From an uncultured Gammaproteobacteria bacterium (GTDB lineage: Bacteria > Pseudomonadota > Gammaproteobacteria > Natronospirales > REEB76), in contig CAZPAO010000005.1 of the NCBI GenBank assembly GCA_964584665.1, positions 23,022 through 87,021 of the forward strand: a stretch of DNA of 64,000 nt, in the 5' to 3' direction. Numbering within the stretch: the first letter of the stretch is position 1; each line of letters starts with the position of its first letter. Below the pieces are notes generated by a model. That model saw nothing but the letters and a program-made list of their open reading frames with translations. It had not been told where the DNA came from and did not search any database. Positions 26,233-36,387 of the stretch are shown piece by piece. The position numbers and the translations under genes are program-made.

Positions 26233-29200
26233 ATGAAGCTGCGCCTCGCCTGCCTCTCCTTCCTCCTGCTCAGCCTCGGCGCCCAGGCGGCGACGGTGAA
26301 CCCGGCCCTTTACGGCGGCCTGCACTGGCGGCTCATCGGCCCCTTCCGCGGCGGCCGGGTGCTTGCGGTGTCGGGCGTGCGCGGTGACCCCAAGCATTTC
26401 TACTTCGGTTCCGTGGACGGCGGGGTATGGGAGAGCCTGGACACGGGCCGTACCTGGCAGCCCATCTTCGATGCCATGCATGTGGGCTCCATCGGTGCGC
26501 TGGCGCTCGCGCCTTCGGACCAGAAGGTCATCTACGTGGGCAGCGGCGAGGCGGACATGCGTTCCGACATCGCCTACGGCAACGGCATGTACAAGTCCGT
26601 GGATGCCGGCAGGACCTGGAACCACATCGGTCTCGAGGACTCGCATCAGATCGGCAAGGTGTTGGTGGACCCGGCGAACCCGGACGTGGTGTTCGTGGCG
26701 GTCTTAGGCCACGCTTACGGCCCCAACGAGATGCGCGGCGTGTTCCGCAGCCAGGACGGCGGCAAGACCTGGAAGAAAGTGCTCTATAAGGACGCCGCTA
26801 CCGGCGCCATCGACCTCGCCTTCGGCGCCGACGGCAAGACGATCTATGCGTCCCTCTGGCAGACGCGCCGGCCGCCCTGGAACGTGTATCCGCCCTCGAA
26901 CGGCACCGGTTCGGGCCTCTACAAGTCCACCGACGGCGGCGACAGCTGGACCGAGATCACTTCCCATGGCATCCAGGCGGAAGGCCTGGGCCATGTCGGC
27001 CTCGCCTCGGCTCCGTCCAACCCGAACATCGTCTATGCACTGGCGGACGCGAAGCACGGCGGCCTCTACCGCAGCGACGACGCGGGTGCGCACTTCGCGC
27101 TGGTCACGCCGGACAAGCGGCTGTGGGGCCGCGGCTGGTATTTCGGCGGCGTGAGCGTGGACCCGAAAGACCCGCAGGTGGTCTACGTCTCCAACACCGC
27201 CATGTACAAGTCCACGGACGGCGGCAAGACCTTCCTGCCCTTCCTCGGGGATCCGACCGGCGACGACTTCCACACCCTCTGGATAGACCCGGATGACGGC
27301 AAGCACATGATCTCGGGCGTGGACCAGGGCACCATCATCAGCCAGAACGGCGGCGACACCTGGACCACCTGGTACAACCAGCCCACCGGCCAGTTCTACC
27401 ACGTCACCACCGACAAGCGCTTCCCATACTGGGTGTACGGCGCACAGCAGGATTCCGGTGCCGCCGCAGTGCCGAGCCGCACCAGCGACCCCACCGACGG
27501 CATCAACATGCGGCAGTTCCACGAGGTCACGGCGGGCGGCGAGAGCGGCAACATCGCGCCGGACCCGGACGATCCGGACATCGTCTATGGCGGCAACGTC
27601 GACAGGCTCGATCAGAAGAGCGAGCAGACCGCGAACGTGGACCCGACCCTCGCGTATCCTGAGATCTACCGCGGCGAGTGGACCCTGCCGCTCACCTTCT
27701 CGCCCAAGGATTCGAAGGCGCTCTACTACGGCAACCAGTACCTCTTCCGCACCCGCGACGGCGGCAAGCACTGGGCGCGCCTGAGCCCCGACCTCACGCG
27801 CCGTACCCTCACCATCCCGCCGAGCCTGGACGCGGTCTCCGCCGCCAACACAGCGACGGTGGGGCCGCGCCGCGGTGTCATCTACGCCATCGCGCCCTCG
27901 CACTTCTCGGCTTCCGACATCTGGGTGGGCACGGATGACGGCCTCATCTGGCGCAGCAGGAACGACGGCAAGCACTGGGAGGACGTGACGCCCCAAGTAC
28001 TCACGCCCTGGTCCAAGGTGGGCATCATCGAGGCCGGGCATTTCTCGGCGGACACCGCCTACGCCGCCATCGACCGGCATCGCATCGACGACTACAAGCC
28101 CTACATCTACCGCACACATGACGGCGGCAAGAGCTGGGAGTTGATAGCGGACGGCATCCCGGACGGCAGCTTCGTCAATGCCGTGCGCGAGGACCCGTTG
28201 AAGAAAGGCCTGCTCTACGCCGGCACCGAACTCGGCATGTACGTGTCCTTCGACGGCGGCGACCACTGGCAGCCCTTGCAGCTCAACCTGCCCGTCACCT
28301 CCATCCGCGACATGGACCTGCATCACGACCAGTGGAGCGACGATCTCGTCATCGCCACCCATGGCCGCGCTTTCTGGATACTGGACAGCGTGGCCTCGCT
28401 GCGGCAGCTGGATGCCATCGCCGCGGACGCGTCGGCGGCGCTGTTCAGACCGGACGACGCGGTGCGCATGCACCTCGCGCCCTTCACCGGCACGCCCATG
28501 CACAAGGATGAACCCAAGGCGCTTAACCCGCCGATGGGCGCGGCACTGGACTATTGGTTGAAGGCCGACGCCCAGAGCGTCAGCTTCGATCTCATGGACG
28601 GCAAGGGTCAGGTGGTGCGGCACTTCTCGAGCGCCGATCCCCACCCGGAGCCGGATCTCTCCAAGATCGATGGCAACGCCGAGTGGTACGTCACGCCGGC
28701 ACCGCCCGCGGCCGTCGCAGGCATGCACCGCTTCATCTGGGACCTGCGCTACGCGGCACCGGATGCACTGGGTGGAGGTGGCGGCGTGTGGGTGCTGCCA
28801 GGCAGCTACACCGTGAAGCTCACGGTGGACGGCAAGTCCTACACCCAGCCTCTCAAGGTGGTGAACGATCCGCGCGTGAAAGCCACGGCCGCGGATCTCG
28901 CCAAGCAGCAGGCACTGGCCTTCCAGGTCCAGGCGGAACGGAACCGGCTCTACTCCGCGACGGATGAAGTGAGCACCACGCTGCAGAAGCTGGAGGAACT
29001 CTCCGCCAAGGCGCCGGCCGAACTCGCCTCCAAGCTCAAGGCCTTCGAGGACGAACTCTCGGCCCAGACGGAGCTGCGGGCGGTGCCCGCGGGCTTCGGC
29101 CAGCCCGGCGGTTCACCCGCCAAGGTGGGCAGTCTCGCCTATGTGAGCGGAGCCATGGATGCCCTGCAGCCGGCGGTGGAGGCGGCCGATGGCGCGCCCT

Positions 29201-29346
29201 CGCAGGATGCGCTCAAGGGTTTCGGACTGCAGCAGGCCAAGGCGGAGAAAGCCATAGGTGCCTGGCAGAAGCTGAAGGCCGAGCGCGAGCCGGGCCTGGA
29301 TGCGGAACTGAAGGCGGCGGGCCTGGAGACGCTCGGCGGCAAATGA
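26233..29346 (+). CDS. Secreted BNR/sortilin (VPS10)-like repeat protein; glycosyl-hydrolase-like double beta-propeller
   Basis: Signal peptide. Repeated S.D.G.TW motifs (SLDTGRTWQP, SVDAGRTWNH, SQDGGKTWKK, STDGGDSWTE, STDGGKTFLP, THDGGKSWEL, SFDGGDHWQP). Confidence 0.8.
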   Translation: MKLRLACLSFLLLSLGAQAATVNPALYGGLHWRLIGPFRGGRVLAVSGVRGDPKHFYFGSVDGGVWESLDTGRTWQPIFDAMHVGSIGALALAPSDQKVIYVGSGEADMRSDIAYGNGMYKSVDAGRTWNHIGLEDSHQIGKVLVDPANPDVVFVAVLGHAYGPNEMRGVFRSQDGGKTWKKVLYKDAATGAIDLAFGADGKTIYASLWQTRRPPWNVYPPSNGTGSGLYKSTDGGDSWTEITSHGIQAEGLGHVGLASAPSNPNIVYALADAKHGGLYRSDDAGAHFALVTPDKRLWGRGWYFGGVSVDPKDPQVVYVSNTAMYKSTDGGKTFLPFLGDPTGDDFHTLWIDPDDGKHMISGVDQGTIISQNGGDTWTTWYNQPTGQFYHVTTDKRFPYWVYGAQQDSGAAAVPSRTSDPTDGINMRQFHEVTAGGESGNIAPDPDDPDIVYGGNVDRLDQKSEQTANVDPTLAYPEIYRGEWTLPLTFSPKDSKALYYGNQYLFRTRDGGKHWARLSPDLTRRTLTIPPSLDAVSAANTATVGPRRGVIYAIAPSHFSASDIWVGTDDGLIWRSRNDGKHWEDVTPQVLTPWSKVGIIEAGHFSADTAYAAIDRHRIDDYKPYIYRTHDGGKSWELIADGIPDGSFVNAVREDPLKKGLLYAGTELGMYVSFDGGDHWQPLQLNLPVTSIRDMDLHHDQWSDDLVIATHGRAFWILDSVASLRQLDAIAADASAALFRPDDAVRMHLAPFTGTPMHKDEPKALNPPMGAALDYWLKADAQSVSFDLMDGKGQVVRHFSSADPHPEPDLSKIDGNAEWYVTPAPPAAVAGMHRFIWDLRYAAPDALGGGGGVWVLPGSYTVKLTVDGKSYTQPLKVVNDPRVKATAADLAKQQALAFQVQAERNRLYSATDEVSTTLQKLEELSAKAPAELASKLKAFEDELSAQTELRAVPAGFGQPGGSPAKVGSLAYVSGAMDALQPAVEAADGAPSQDALKGFGLQQAKAEKAIGAWQKLKAEREPGLDAELKAAGLETLGGK

Positions 29347-29356
29347 AGCGAGTGGC

Positions 29357-30241
29357 TTGCGCTATCATCGGCGCGTGGACGAGAGCGCAACGCCCCTGAC
29401 GCCCGAGACCGGACGCCGCATCGCCCTCTGGCAGATGGCGTTCTATGGCGTGCTGATGGTGGGGTCGGCGGTGACCAATGCCTATACGGTGGTCGACGAC
29501 CATGCCCGCGCCGGCGATGCGTTGGAACTATGGCGTCCCATGGTATGGGAGAGCACCAGCCATATCCTGACGTGGTGCCTCATCCCTCTCATGGCCTGGT
29601 GGTTGCGGCTCTTCCCGATAGCCCGGCTCACGTGGTGGCGCAGCCTGCCTGCGCATCTCCTGGCCACGCTGCCCTTCTCCCTGCTGCACGTCGAAGGCAT
29701 GGTGTTGTTGCGGGAACTGGCCTATCGCGCAGCGGGCGAGCGTTATGACTTCGGTCCCTTCTGGGCGAACTGGCCCTATGAATTGCGCAAGGACGTGGTG
29801 ACTTACGGCCTGATCCTGGCCGGTCTTCAGGCGTTCCACTTGTATGGCTTGTGGCTTGATGGCCGCGCTGCCACAGCACCCTCCAGTGCGCCTGCGGAAG
29901 TGCCGCCCGCCGGACCGTTGGAAAGGCTGGTGGTGCGCAAGCTCAACCGCGAGTTCATCCTCAACACCGTGGACATCGATCGCATCGAGGCGGACGGCAA
30001 CTACGTGAACGTGCACGCGCAGGGTAGCGCCTATCCCTTGCGCGAATCGCTCGCGGCCCTGGAACGGCGCCTGGACCGGAAGCGCTTCGCCCGGGTGCAC
30101 CGTGGCCACATCGTCAACATCGACCGCATCCGCGAGATCCAGCCCTGGGACCACGGCGACTACCGCATCGTACTCAAGGACGGCAGCTTCGTGAACTTCT
30201 CGCGCCGCTATCGCAGCCGGCTCAACCACTTGTTTCAGTGA
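29357..30241 (+). CDS. Membrane-anchored LytTR-domain DNA-binding protein (about 4 TM plus LytTR, no receiver domain)
   Basis: Hydrophobic N-terminal half. C-terminal region LERLVVRKLNREFILNTVDIDRIEADGNYVNVHAQGSAYPLRESLAALERRLDRKRFARVHRGHIVNIDRI matches LytTR. Confidence 0.8.
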   Translation: MRYHRRVDESATPLTPETGRRIALWQMAFYGVLMVGSAVTNAYTVVDDHARAGDALELWRPMVWESTSHILTWCLIPLMAWWLRLFPIARLTWWRSLPAHLLATLPFSLLHVEGMVLLRELAYRAAGERYDFGPFWANWPYELRKDVVTYGLILAGLQAFHLYGLWLDGRAATAPSSAPAEVPPAGPLERLVVRKLNREFILNTVDIDRIEADGNYVNVHAQGSAYPLRESLAALERRLDRKRFARVHRGHIVNIDRIREIQPWDHGDYRIVLKDGSFVNFSRRYRSRLNHLFQ

Positions 30242-31494
30242 GGCAGTGCCACCTTCAGGATCAGCGGCGCTTGCAGCTGGTCATCGGGCGGCAGCTTCCC
30301 CTTCTCGTCGAAACGGCTCCACTGGGCGTTCGCCACTAAGTAGGCTGCGTCATCCGCCAGCGTGAACAAGGTCGGTTCGGGCGCCTGCGGGTCCGCGGCC
30401 GAGAGCACCTGCACGCCCCACACCTTCAGTCCCGAATCGTCCAGCCGGAAGCACACCAGCCGTTGCGGCTCGGCCGCGTTCTGGGTGGCGATGAGGTCGC
30501 GGCCATGGAAAGCGAGACCATCCACGTAGTAGGTGTAGATGCCGTGCGCGGCGGTCAGAGGCGTAAGACTGCGGTCCTTGAAGCTGTAAGCATAGAGACC
30601 GCCGGTGTAGTCAGAGAGGTACAGCCGCTTCCCGTCCGGCGACACCGCCATGCCTTGGGCCGAAGTGAGCGCACCCCGCGGCGTGAGCAGGCGCAGTGCC
30701 TTGGCGCCCGGGTCCAGCACGTACACTCCGCCGGAGCCGTCCGCGACGTAGACACTGCCGTCCGGTCCCAAGGCCACGTCGTTGAATTCGTGGTCGCCCT
30801 CATCCGGCGGCGCATAGCTCGCCAGCAACTTGCCGGTCTTGAGGTCGAAGCGGAGCAGCGCGGTCTTGCCCTTCATGCCCTCATCGAAATCCCGCGTCTC
30901 CGGCAGCGCGCTGCTGGAAGCCCAGAGCGAACCGCTCTTGGCATCCACCTCTATGCCGAGCACGCTCCAGAGGCCCGCTTCCGGCCCGGCGAACTGCATG
31001 GCTTTGCCGGCATGGACGCGCACGATCTTGCGCAAGTGCACGCTTCCCACGAAGAAGTCGCCGCTCTTCGGGTCGTGGGCGATGCCCTCGGGGATGAAGT
31101 CGGGCTCGTCCAGCCGGAATGCAGGCGCTGCATGGCCCACGGCTTGGGTGAGGGCGGCGAAGCGCGTGGCGAGCGCATCCCAACCGGGTGCGGACTTCAG
31201 GGCCGCGAAGGCCGGTTCCTGGTCTGTGTCGATCCGGACCCCCATCTCTGCCAGCGCATCGAGCGCCGCGATGCTCCCCTGTGCATCGCCGCGGTGGGCG
31301 CGGGCTACTGCCAGCTCGTAGGTGTAGCGCGGGTAACCGGGCTTGAGCGCCAGTAGCTTGCCGGAGACCACCTCGGCGGCGGCATAGTCCTTGGCCTTGA
31401 GCGCCGTATCCAGCTGGCTCCGCAAGGCGCCCAGGTCGTCCGCCGCCGCCCCGGCGGCCATGAGCAAGGTGAAGACCAGCAAGAGCGTGCGCAT
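30235..31494 (-). CDS. Secreted TPR plus SMP-30/gluconolactonase/LRE-like (NHL-type) beta-propeller protein
   Basis: Signal peptide MRTLLLVFTLLMAAGAAA and N-terminal TPR-like helices. Propeller-type repeats follow (GIAHDPKSGDFFV, DVALGPDGSVYVAD, GMAVSPDGKRLYLSD). Confidence 0.65.
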   Translation of the reverse strand: MRTLLLVFTLLMAAGAAADDLGALRSQLDTALKAKDYAAAEVVSGKLLALKPGYPRYTYELAVARAHRGDAQGSIAALDALAEMGVRIDTDQEPAFAALKSAPGWDALATRFAALTQAVGHAAPAFRLDEPDFIPEGIAHDPKSGDFFVGSVHLRKIVRVHAGKAMQFAGPEAGLWSVLGIEVDAKSGSLWASSSALPETRDFDEGMKGKTALLRFDLKTGKLLASYAPPDEGDHEFNDVALGPDGSVYVADGSGGVYVLDPGAKALRLLTPRGALTSAQGMAVSPDGKRLYLSDYTGGLYAYSFKDRSLTPLTAAHGIYTYYVDGLAFHGRDLIATQNAAEPQRLVCFRLDDSGLKVWGVQVLSAADPQAPEPTLFTLADDAAYLVANAQWSRFDEKGKLPPDDQLQAPLILKVALPH

Positions 31495-31668
31495 CCCGAT
31501 CCTCCCAGGTGATGTTAAGTGGACACCTGGGCCAGCCGGGGGTTCCCCGCGATGGGGCTGTCATCATCGGGCTGCCGCTCGTCACGGGCCAGCGCCGCTC
31601 AGCCCATCCGGCATGGCAAATGGAGCATTCGGCGCTAGAGTGAGGGCGTCTCTCACCGGAGCCCGCAC

Positions 31669-33600
31669 ATGCGCAGGATGTTGACGAGCCTACTCGCCGC
31701 CATGACCATGTCTGCCGCCTTCGCGGCACCGGACGCAGGCTGGCCTGCCTACGGTGCCGATGCGGGCGGCACCCGCTATTCGCCGCTCACCGAGATCAAC
31801 CCCGCCAACGTGGGAGAACTCCGGGTCGCCTGGCAGTTCCGCACCGGCGAACTCGGCCAGGGGGTGAAGGACTGGGGACGCTCGGCATTCGAGGCCACAC
31901 CCATCCTCTACGACGGCGTGCTCTACCTCACCACCTCCAGCACCGACGTGATGGCGGTGGACGCGGCCACGGGCACCCTGCGCTGGAAGCATGACAGCCA
32001 GAGCCGCAAGGACCTGCACTATTCCGACGGCGTCTCACGCGGCGTGTCCCTGTGGGTGGACGATGCGAGCGCGGGCGGCGCCGTATGCCACGCACGCATC
32101 TACGCGCCGACCCTGGACGGCCGCCTCCTGGCGCTGGATGCCGCCGACGGCAAGCCCTGCCAGGGTTTCGGTGAACACGGTGCGGTGAACCTGCTTCAGG
32201 ACGTGCGCTCCCAGTTCGAGGAAGGCGATGAATGGCGCGACTACCTCGTGACATCGCCGCCGGCCGTCATCGACGGCAAGGTGGTGGTGGGTTCCTCCAT
32301 CGGCGACAACCGTGCGGTGGTGGAGGAACTAGGCATCGTGCGCGCCTTCGATGCCAGGAGCGGCAAACTCATATGGAGCTGGGATCCCATCCCGCGCGAT
32401 GCCTCGAATCCGGTATACAAGGAATGGGATCCGACCAAGCTGAAGGACGCCAGTGCCGCCAACGCCTGGGCGCCGCTCGCGGCGGACCCGGCGCGGCATC
32501 TCGTGTTCGTACCCACCGGTTCCGCGAGCCCGGACTTCTTCGGCGGCGAGCGCCCCGGCGACAACCGCTGGGCCAACTCGGTGGTGGCCCTCGATGCCGC
32601 CACCGGCAAGCTGGTCTGGGGCCAGCAGCTGGTGCACCACGACCTCTGGGATTACGACGTGGCTTCGCAACCCACGCTGGTGGATCTCGTCCACGAGGGC
32701 AAGCATGTGGACGCGGTGATACAGGCCACCAAGACCGGTTTCCTCTACACCTTCGACCGGGCCACCGGCGCGCCGCTCTTCCCCATCACCGAGAGACCGG
32801 TGCCCCAGGCTGCGGTGCCAGGCGAGAAGCCCTCGCCCACCCAGCCCTTCCCTTCGGCGCCGCCGCCCCTCGTGCGGCAGGATCCGGTGAAGCCGGACGA
32901 GGCCTGGGGCGTGGCGTTCTTCGATACACGTGCCTGCAAGAAACGCATCGAGAGCTACCGTTCCGAAGGCATCTTCCAGCCGCCGTCCACGCAGGATTCC
33001 CTGATGCGGCCCGGCAATGCGGGCGGCTCCAACTGGGGCGGCATCGCCTTCGATCCCCAGCGGCAGATCGCCGTAGCCGACACCATGAACCTGGCCTTCG
33101 TGGTGGCCTTGGTGCCCCGCGACCAGATGCAGGGCGAGATCGACGGCGGGCAGTACGAACACTGGGAGTTCGCGCGCCAGCGCGGCACGCCCTACGGCAT
33201 GCGCCGCACCGCTTTCAAGTCCGGTCTCGGCATCCCCTGCGTCAAGCCGCCCTGGGGCACCCTCACCGGCGTGGACATGCAGCACGGCACCATCAAGTGG
33301 CAGATCCCCCTGGGCGACACGCCGGGCATACACATGAACGTGGGGATGCCGGTCATCGGCGGCCCCATCGTCACCGCTTCGGGCCTGGTGTTCATCGCAG
33401 CGAGCCTGGACGATCGCTTCCGCGCCTTCGATACCGAGACGGGCAAGATGTTGTGGGAAGTGAAACTGCCGGCGGGCGGCCAGGCCACGCCCATGACCTA
33501 CTCCGCGGGCGGACGGCAGTATCTCGTGATCGCCGCCGGCGGCTATAAGGGCGATTCGACCCGTGGCGATTATCTCGTGGCCTATGCGTTGCCAAGGTAG
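31669..33600 (+). CDS. Periplasmic PQQ-dependent dehydrogenase (glucose/quinate/shikimate-dehydrogenase-type propeller without the N-terminal membrane anchor)
   Basis: Signal peptide, GWPAYGADAGGTRYSPL, HHDLWDYDVASQPTL and repeated W-docking motifs. Confidence 0.85.
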   Translation: MRRMLTSLLAAMTMSAAFAAPDAGWPAYGADAGGTRYSPLTEINPANVGELRVAWQFRTGELGQGVKDWGRSAFEATPILYDGVLYLTTSSTDVMAVDAATGTLRWKHDSQSRKDLHYSDGVSRGVSLWVDDASAGGAVCHARIYAPTLDGRLLALDAADGKPCQGFGEHGAVNLLQDVRSQFEEGDEWRDYLVTSPPAVIDGKVVVGSSIGDNRAVVEELGIVRAFDARSGKLIWSWDPIPRDASNPVYKEWDPTKLKDASAANAWAPLAADPARHLVFVPTGSASPDFFGGERPGDNRWANSVVALDAATGKLVWGQQLVHHDLWDYDVASQPTLVDLVHEGKHVDAVIQATKTGFLYTFDRATGAPLFPITERPVPQAAVPGEKPSPTQPFPSAPPPLVRQDPVKPDEAWGVAFFDTRACKKRIESYRSEGIFQPPSTQDSLMRPGNAGGSNWGGIAFDPQRQIAVADTMNLAFVVALVPRDQMQGEIDGGQYEHWEFARQRGTPYGMRRTAFKSGLGIPCVKPPWGTLTGVDMQHGTIKWQIPLGDTPGIHMNVGMPVIGGPIVTASGLVFIAASLDDRFRAFDTETGKMLWEVKLPAGGQATPMTYSAGGRQYLVIAAGGYKGDSTRGDYLVAYALPR

Positions 33601-33603
33601 AAG

Positions 33604-35655
33604 ATGAAGCGATTCGCATTCCTGTTGGCGGTGGTGCTGCCCTTGGCAGTCCACGCGGACGACGGCACCGAGCTAGGGACGGTGACGGTCACGGACAGCC
33701 GCGCGCCGGTGCCGCTCGGCATGCTGGCGGACAACACCACACGCGTGGACGCGCAGAGCCTGACGCTGCTGTCCGAGACGCATCCGGCCCAGATATTCAG
33801 CCTCATCCCGGGAGCCTGGGTGACGGCGGGCGGCGGCCAGGAGAGCCTGATGGGCCTGCGCTCTCCGCTCTTCACCGGGCAAGGCGCCTGCGGCGCATTC
33901 CTGCTGCTGGAAGACGGCATACCCATCCAGCCGGCGGGGTTCTGCAACGTCAACGCGCTGTTCGAACTCAACACCGAGCAGGCGGCGGCGGTGGAGGTGA
34001 TCCGCGGTCCGGGCTCCGTGCTCTACGGCGGCGACGCGCTGCACGGCATCGTCAACGTGCTGACCCGCGCGCCGGACAGCCTGCCTGCCGACAGCGTAAG
34101 CGTGGAACTCGGCAGCCACCGCTATACCCGCGTCGAGACCAGCGTCGGCGACTGGGACGGTACCGCAGGCTGGCGCATGAGCGCCAACGCCGCCCACGAC
34201 GGCGGGTTCCGTGCGGACTCCGGCTTCGACCAGCAGAAACTGGACCTGCGCTACGACAAGAGCGAAGGCCCGGCGACCGCCGAGACCTTGCTGGCGTTCA
34301 CCAATCTGAACCAGGACACCGCCGGATACATATTCGGCCAGAATGCCTACCAGGATGAGTCCTTGAGCGATGGGAACCTCACTCCCGGCGCCTACCGGGA
34401 CGCCCGCAGCTGGCTGCTGGCGCAGCGCTGGGAGTTCCTGTTCGGCGATAACCGCGAGATGGACTTCACGCCCTATGTGCGCCGCAACACCCAGGCCTTC
34501 GTGCAGCATTTCCTGCCCGGCGAACCGGTGGAGGACGATGCGCAGGACAGCGTGGGATGGCAATTCGCCTGGCGTGACCGGCCCGGCATCGATACCCAGG
34601 CGATCTACGGCCTCGACGGCGAGTACGTGCACGGCACCTTGCTCGAATTCCAGCCGGATCCCCTCGCCAGCAACCCGAGCCGCCAACAGGGCCTGCACTA
34701 CGACTATGCGGCGGACAGCCGCACCCTCGCCGCCTACGCAGACTTCAACCATGCCTTCACGCCGCGTTGGATCCTGGACGGTGGTCTACGCGTGGAAGGC
34801 GTGCGCTACAGTTACGTCAACTTCCTGCCGGCGGGCGACACCCAGGCGGATGGCACGCCCTGCGCCGGCGGTCCCTGCCTCTTCAACCGGCCCGCGGACC
34901 GCAGCGACCAGTTCATCAACCTCATGCCCAAGGCAGGCTTGAGCTGGCTCATCACCACGGCACAGACCGCTTACGTGAAGGTCGGGCGCGGAGCCCGGGC
35001 GCCGGAGGCGCCGGAACTCTATTCCCTGCAGTCGCAGCAGACCACGACGGACCTCCACTCCGAGACCCTGGACGACTATGAGTTGGGTTGGCGCGGCAGG
35101 TCAGGCGCCTTGGCCTGGGACACGGACGTCTACAGCATGCTCAAGGATCACTTCATCTTCCGCGACGCCAACGGTTTCAACGTCAGCGATGGCCGCACCC
35201 GCCACCGGGGCATCGAGTTCTCCGCCTCCTTCGCGTTCAGCCCCCAGTGGACGCTGCTGCTGGACGGCAGCTACGCCATCCACAGCTATGCATTCTCAGC
35301 CGTGCTGGCACAAGGCAACAGCATCACCTACGGGGACGACATGAAGTACGCGCCGCGCACGCTCGGCGCCGCGCGGCTGCGCTGGGAACCCGCGGCGGAG
35401 ACCACGTTGGAAGCTGAATACCAGCACGTGGGCGGCTACTGGCTGGACGAGTCCAACACTCACCGCTACGGCGGCCATGACCTCGTGAACGTATATGCGC
35501 GCCGGGGCATCGGCGGCGGCTGGGCGCTGTCCTTCCGCATCATAAACGCAGCGGATACGGCCTATGCGGAACGGGCCGACTACAGCTTCGGGAACTACCG
35601 GTATTTCCCCGGCGACAGGCGTACGTATTTTGCTGGGATAGAGAAGGCCTGGTAG
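33604..35655 (+). CDS. TonB-dependent outer-membrane receptor
   Basis: Signal peptide and a TonB-box-like LGTVTVTD. The plug is IRGPGSVLYGGDALHGIVNVLT. A beta-barrel follows, ending in a C-terminal aromatic residue (...GIEKAW). Confidence 0.85.
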   Translation: MKRFAFLLAVVLPLAVHADDGTELGTVTVTDSRAPVPLGMLADNTTRVDAQSLTLLSETHPAQIFSLIPGAWVTAGGGQESLMGLRSPLFTGQGACGAFLLLEDGIPIQPAGFCNVNALFELNTEQAAAVEVIRGPGSVLYGGDALHGIVNVLTRAPDSLPADSVSVELGSHRYTRVETSVGDWDGTAGWRMSANAAHDGGFRADSGFDQQKLDLRYDKSEGPATAETLLAFTNLNQDTAGYIFGQNAYQDESLSDGNLTPGAYRDARSWLLAQRWEFLFGDNREMDFTPYVRRNTQAFVQHFLPGEPVEDDAQDSVGWQFAWRDRPGIDTQAIYGLDGEYVHGTLLEFQPDPLASNPSRQQGLHYDYAADSRTLAAYADFNHAFTPRWILDGGLRVEGVRYSYVNFLPAGDTQADGTPCAGGPCLFNRPADRSDQFINLMPKAGLSWLITTAQTAYVKVGRGARAPEAPELYSLQSQQTTTDLHSETLDDYELGWRGRSGALAWDTDVYSMLKDHFIFRDANGFNVSDGRTRHRGIEFSASFAFSPQWTLLLDGSYAIHSYAFSAVLAQGNSITYGDDMKYAPRTLGAARLRWEPAAETTLEAEYQHVGGYWLDESNTHRYGGHDLVNVYARRGIGGGWALSFRIINAADTAYAERADYSFGNYRYFPGDRRTYFAGIEKAW

Positions 35656-35660
35656 AAATG

Positions 35661-35684
35661 AGAAGGGGCCTTGCGGCCCCTTCT
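35661..35684. terminator. Hairpin terminator between the convergent TonB-receptor and dsbA genes
   Basis: AGAAGGGGCC-TTGC-GGCCCCTTCT. Confidence 0.6.
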
Positions 35685-35705
35685 TGCATCACATGATCTG
35701 AAGAC

Positions 35706-36365
35706 TTACTTGTGCTTGCCGCCGCTGGCCGGGGCCTGTTCCCGGGCCACCAGGAACTGCACGCACTTCATGATGTCGGCCGGGGCCATCTGGTAGCCGG
35801 CGCCGGTCTTCCACTTGCCGTTGATGATGATGGTGGGCACGCCCTGTACCTGGTAGCGCTCGCCCAGCTGCTGGGCCTGGGCCAGGCGCGACTGCACGCC
35901 GAATGAGTTCCAGGTGGAATCGAAGTCGGCCGGTTTCACGCCGAACTTCCCGAAGAAGCTGCGGATCGCGTCCTTGTCGCTGCGCAGCTCACCCTGGTTG
36001 TCCAGGTGGATGGCGTTGAAGAAAGGCTCGCGGATCTTCTCGCCGACGCCGAGGATGTCGGCGGTGATGGTGGCCTGGGCGTCCACGTAGAACTCGGAAT
36101 CCTTCATGGCGGCGGGGACGCGCTTGAACACCACGCTGGCGGGCTTGTTCTTCTCCCACACCTCGACGTAGGGCTCGAGGGCGAAGCAGTGCGGGCAGCC
36201 GTACCAGTAGAACTCGATGACCTCCACCTGGCCGGGCTTCACATCCGTGGCCTGGGCCGGGTTCACGGCTTCGTAGTTCACGCCTTCCGTGAAGCTGGTC
36301 ATGTCGGCCGAGGCCGCAGCGGAGAGCAGCATCAGGACGGGTATCAGCAGCCAGCGCATCTTCAT
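35706..36365 (-). CDS. dsbA: Thiol:disulfide interchange protein DsbA
   Basis: Signal peptide and the active site FYWYGCPHCF, with a thioredoxin fold. Confidence 0.9.
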   Translation of the reverse strand: MKMRWLLIPVLMLLSAAASADMTSFTEGVNYEAVNPAQATDVKPGQVEVIEFYWYGCPHCFALEPYVEVWEKNKPASVVFKRVPAAMKDSEFYVDAQATITADILGVGEKIREPFFNAIHLDNQGELRSDKDAIRSFFGKFGVKPADFDSTWNSFGVQSRLAQAQQLGERYQVQGVPTIIINGKWKTGAGYQMAPADIMKCVQFLVAREQAPASGGKHK

Positions 36366-36387
36366 TGGGATACCTCTGTGTATACGT

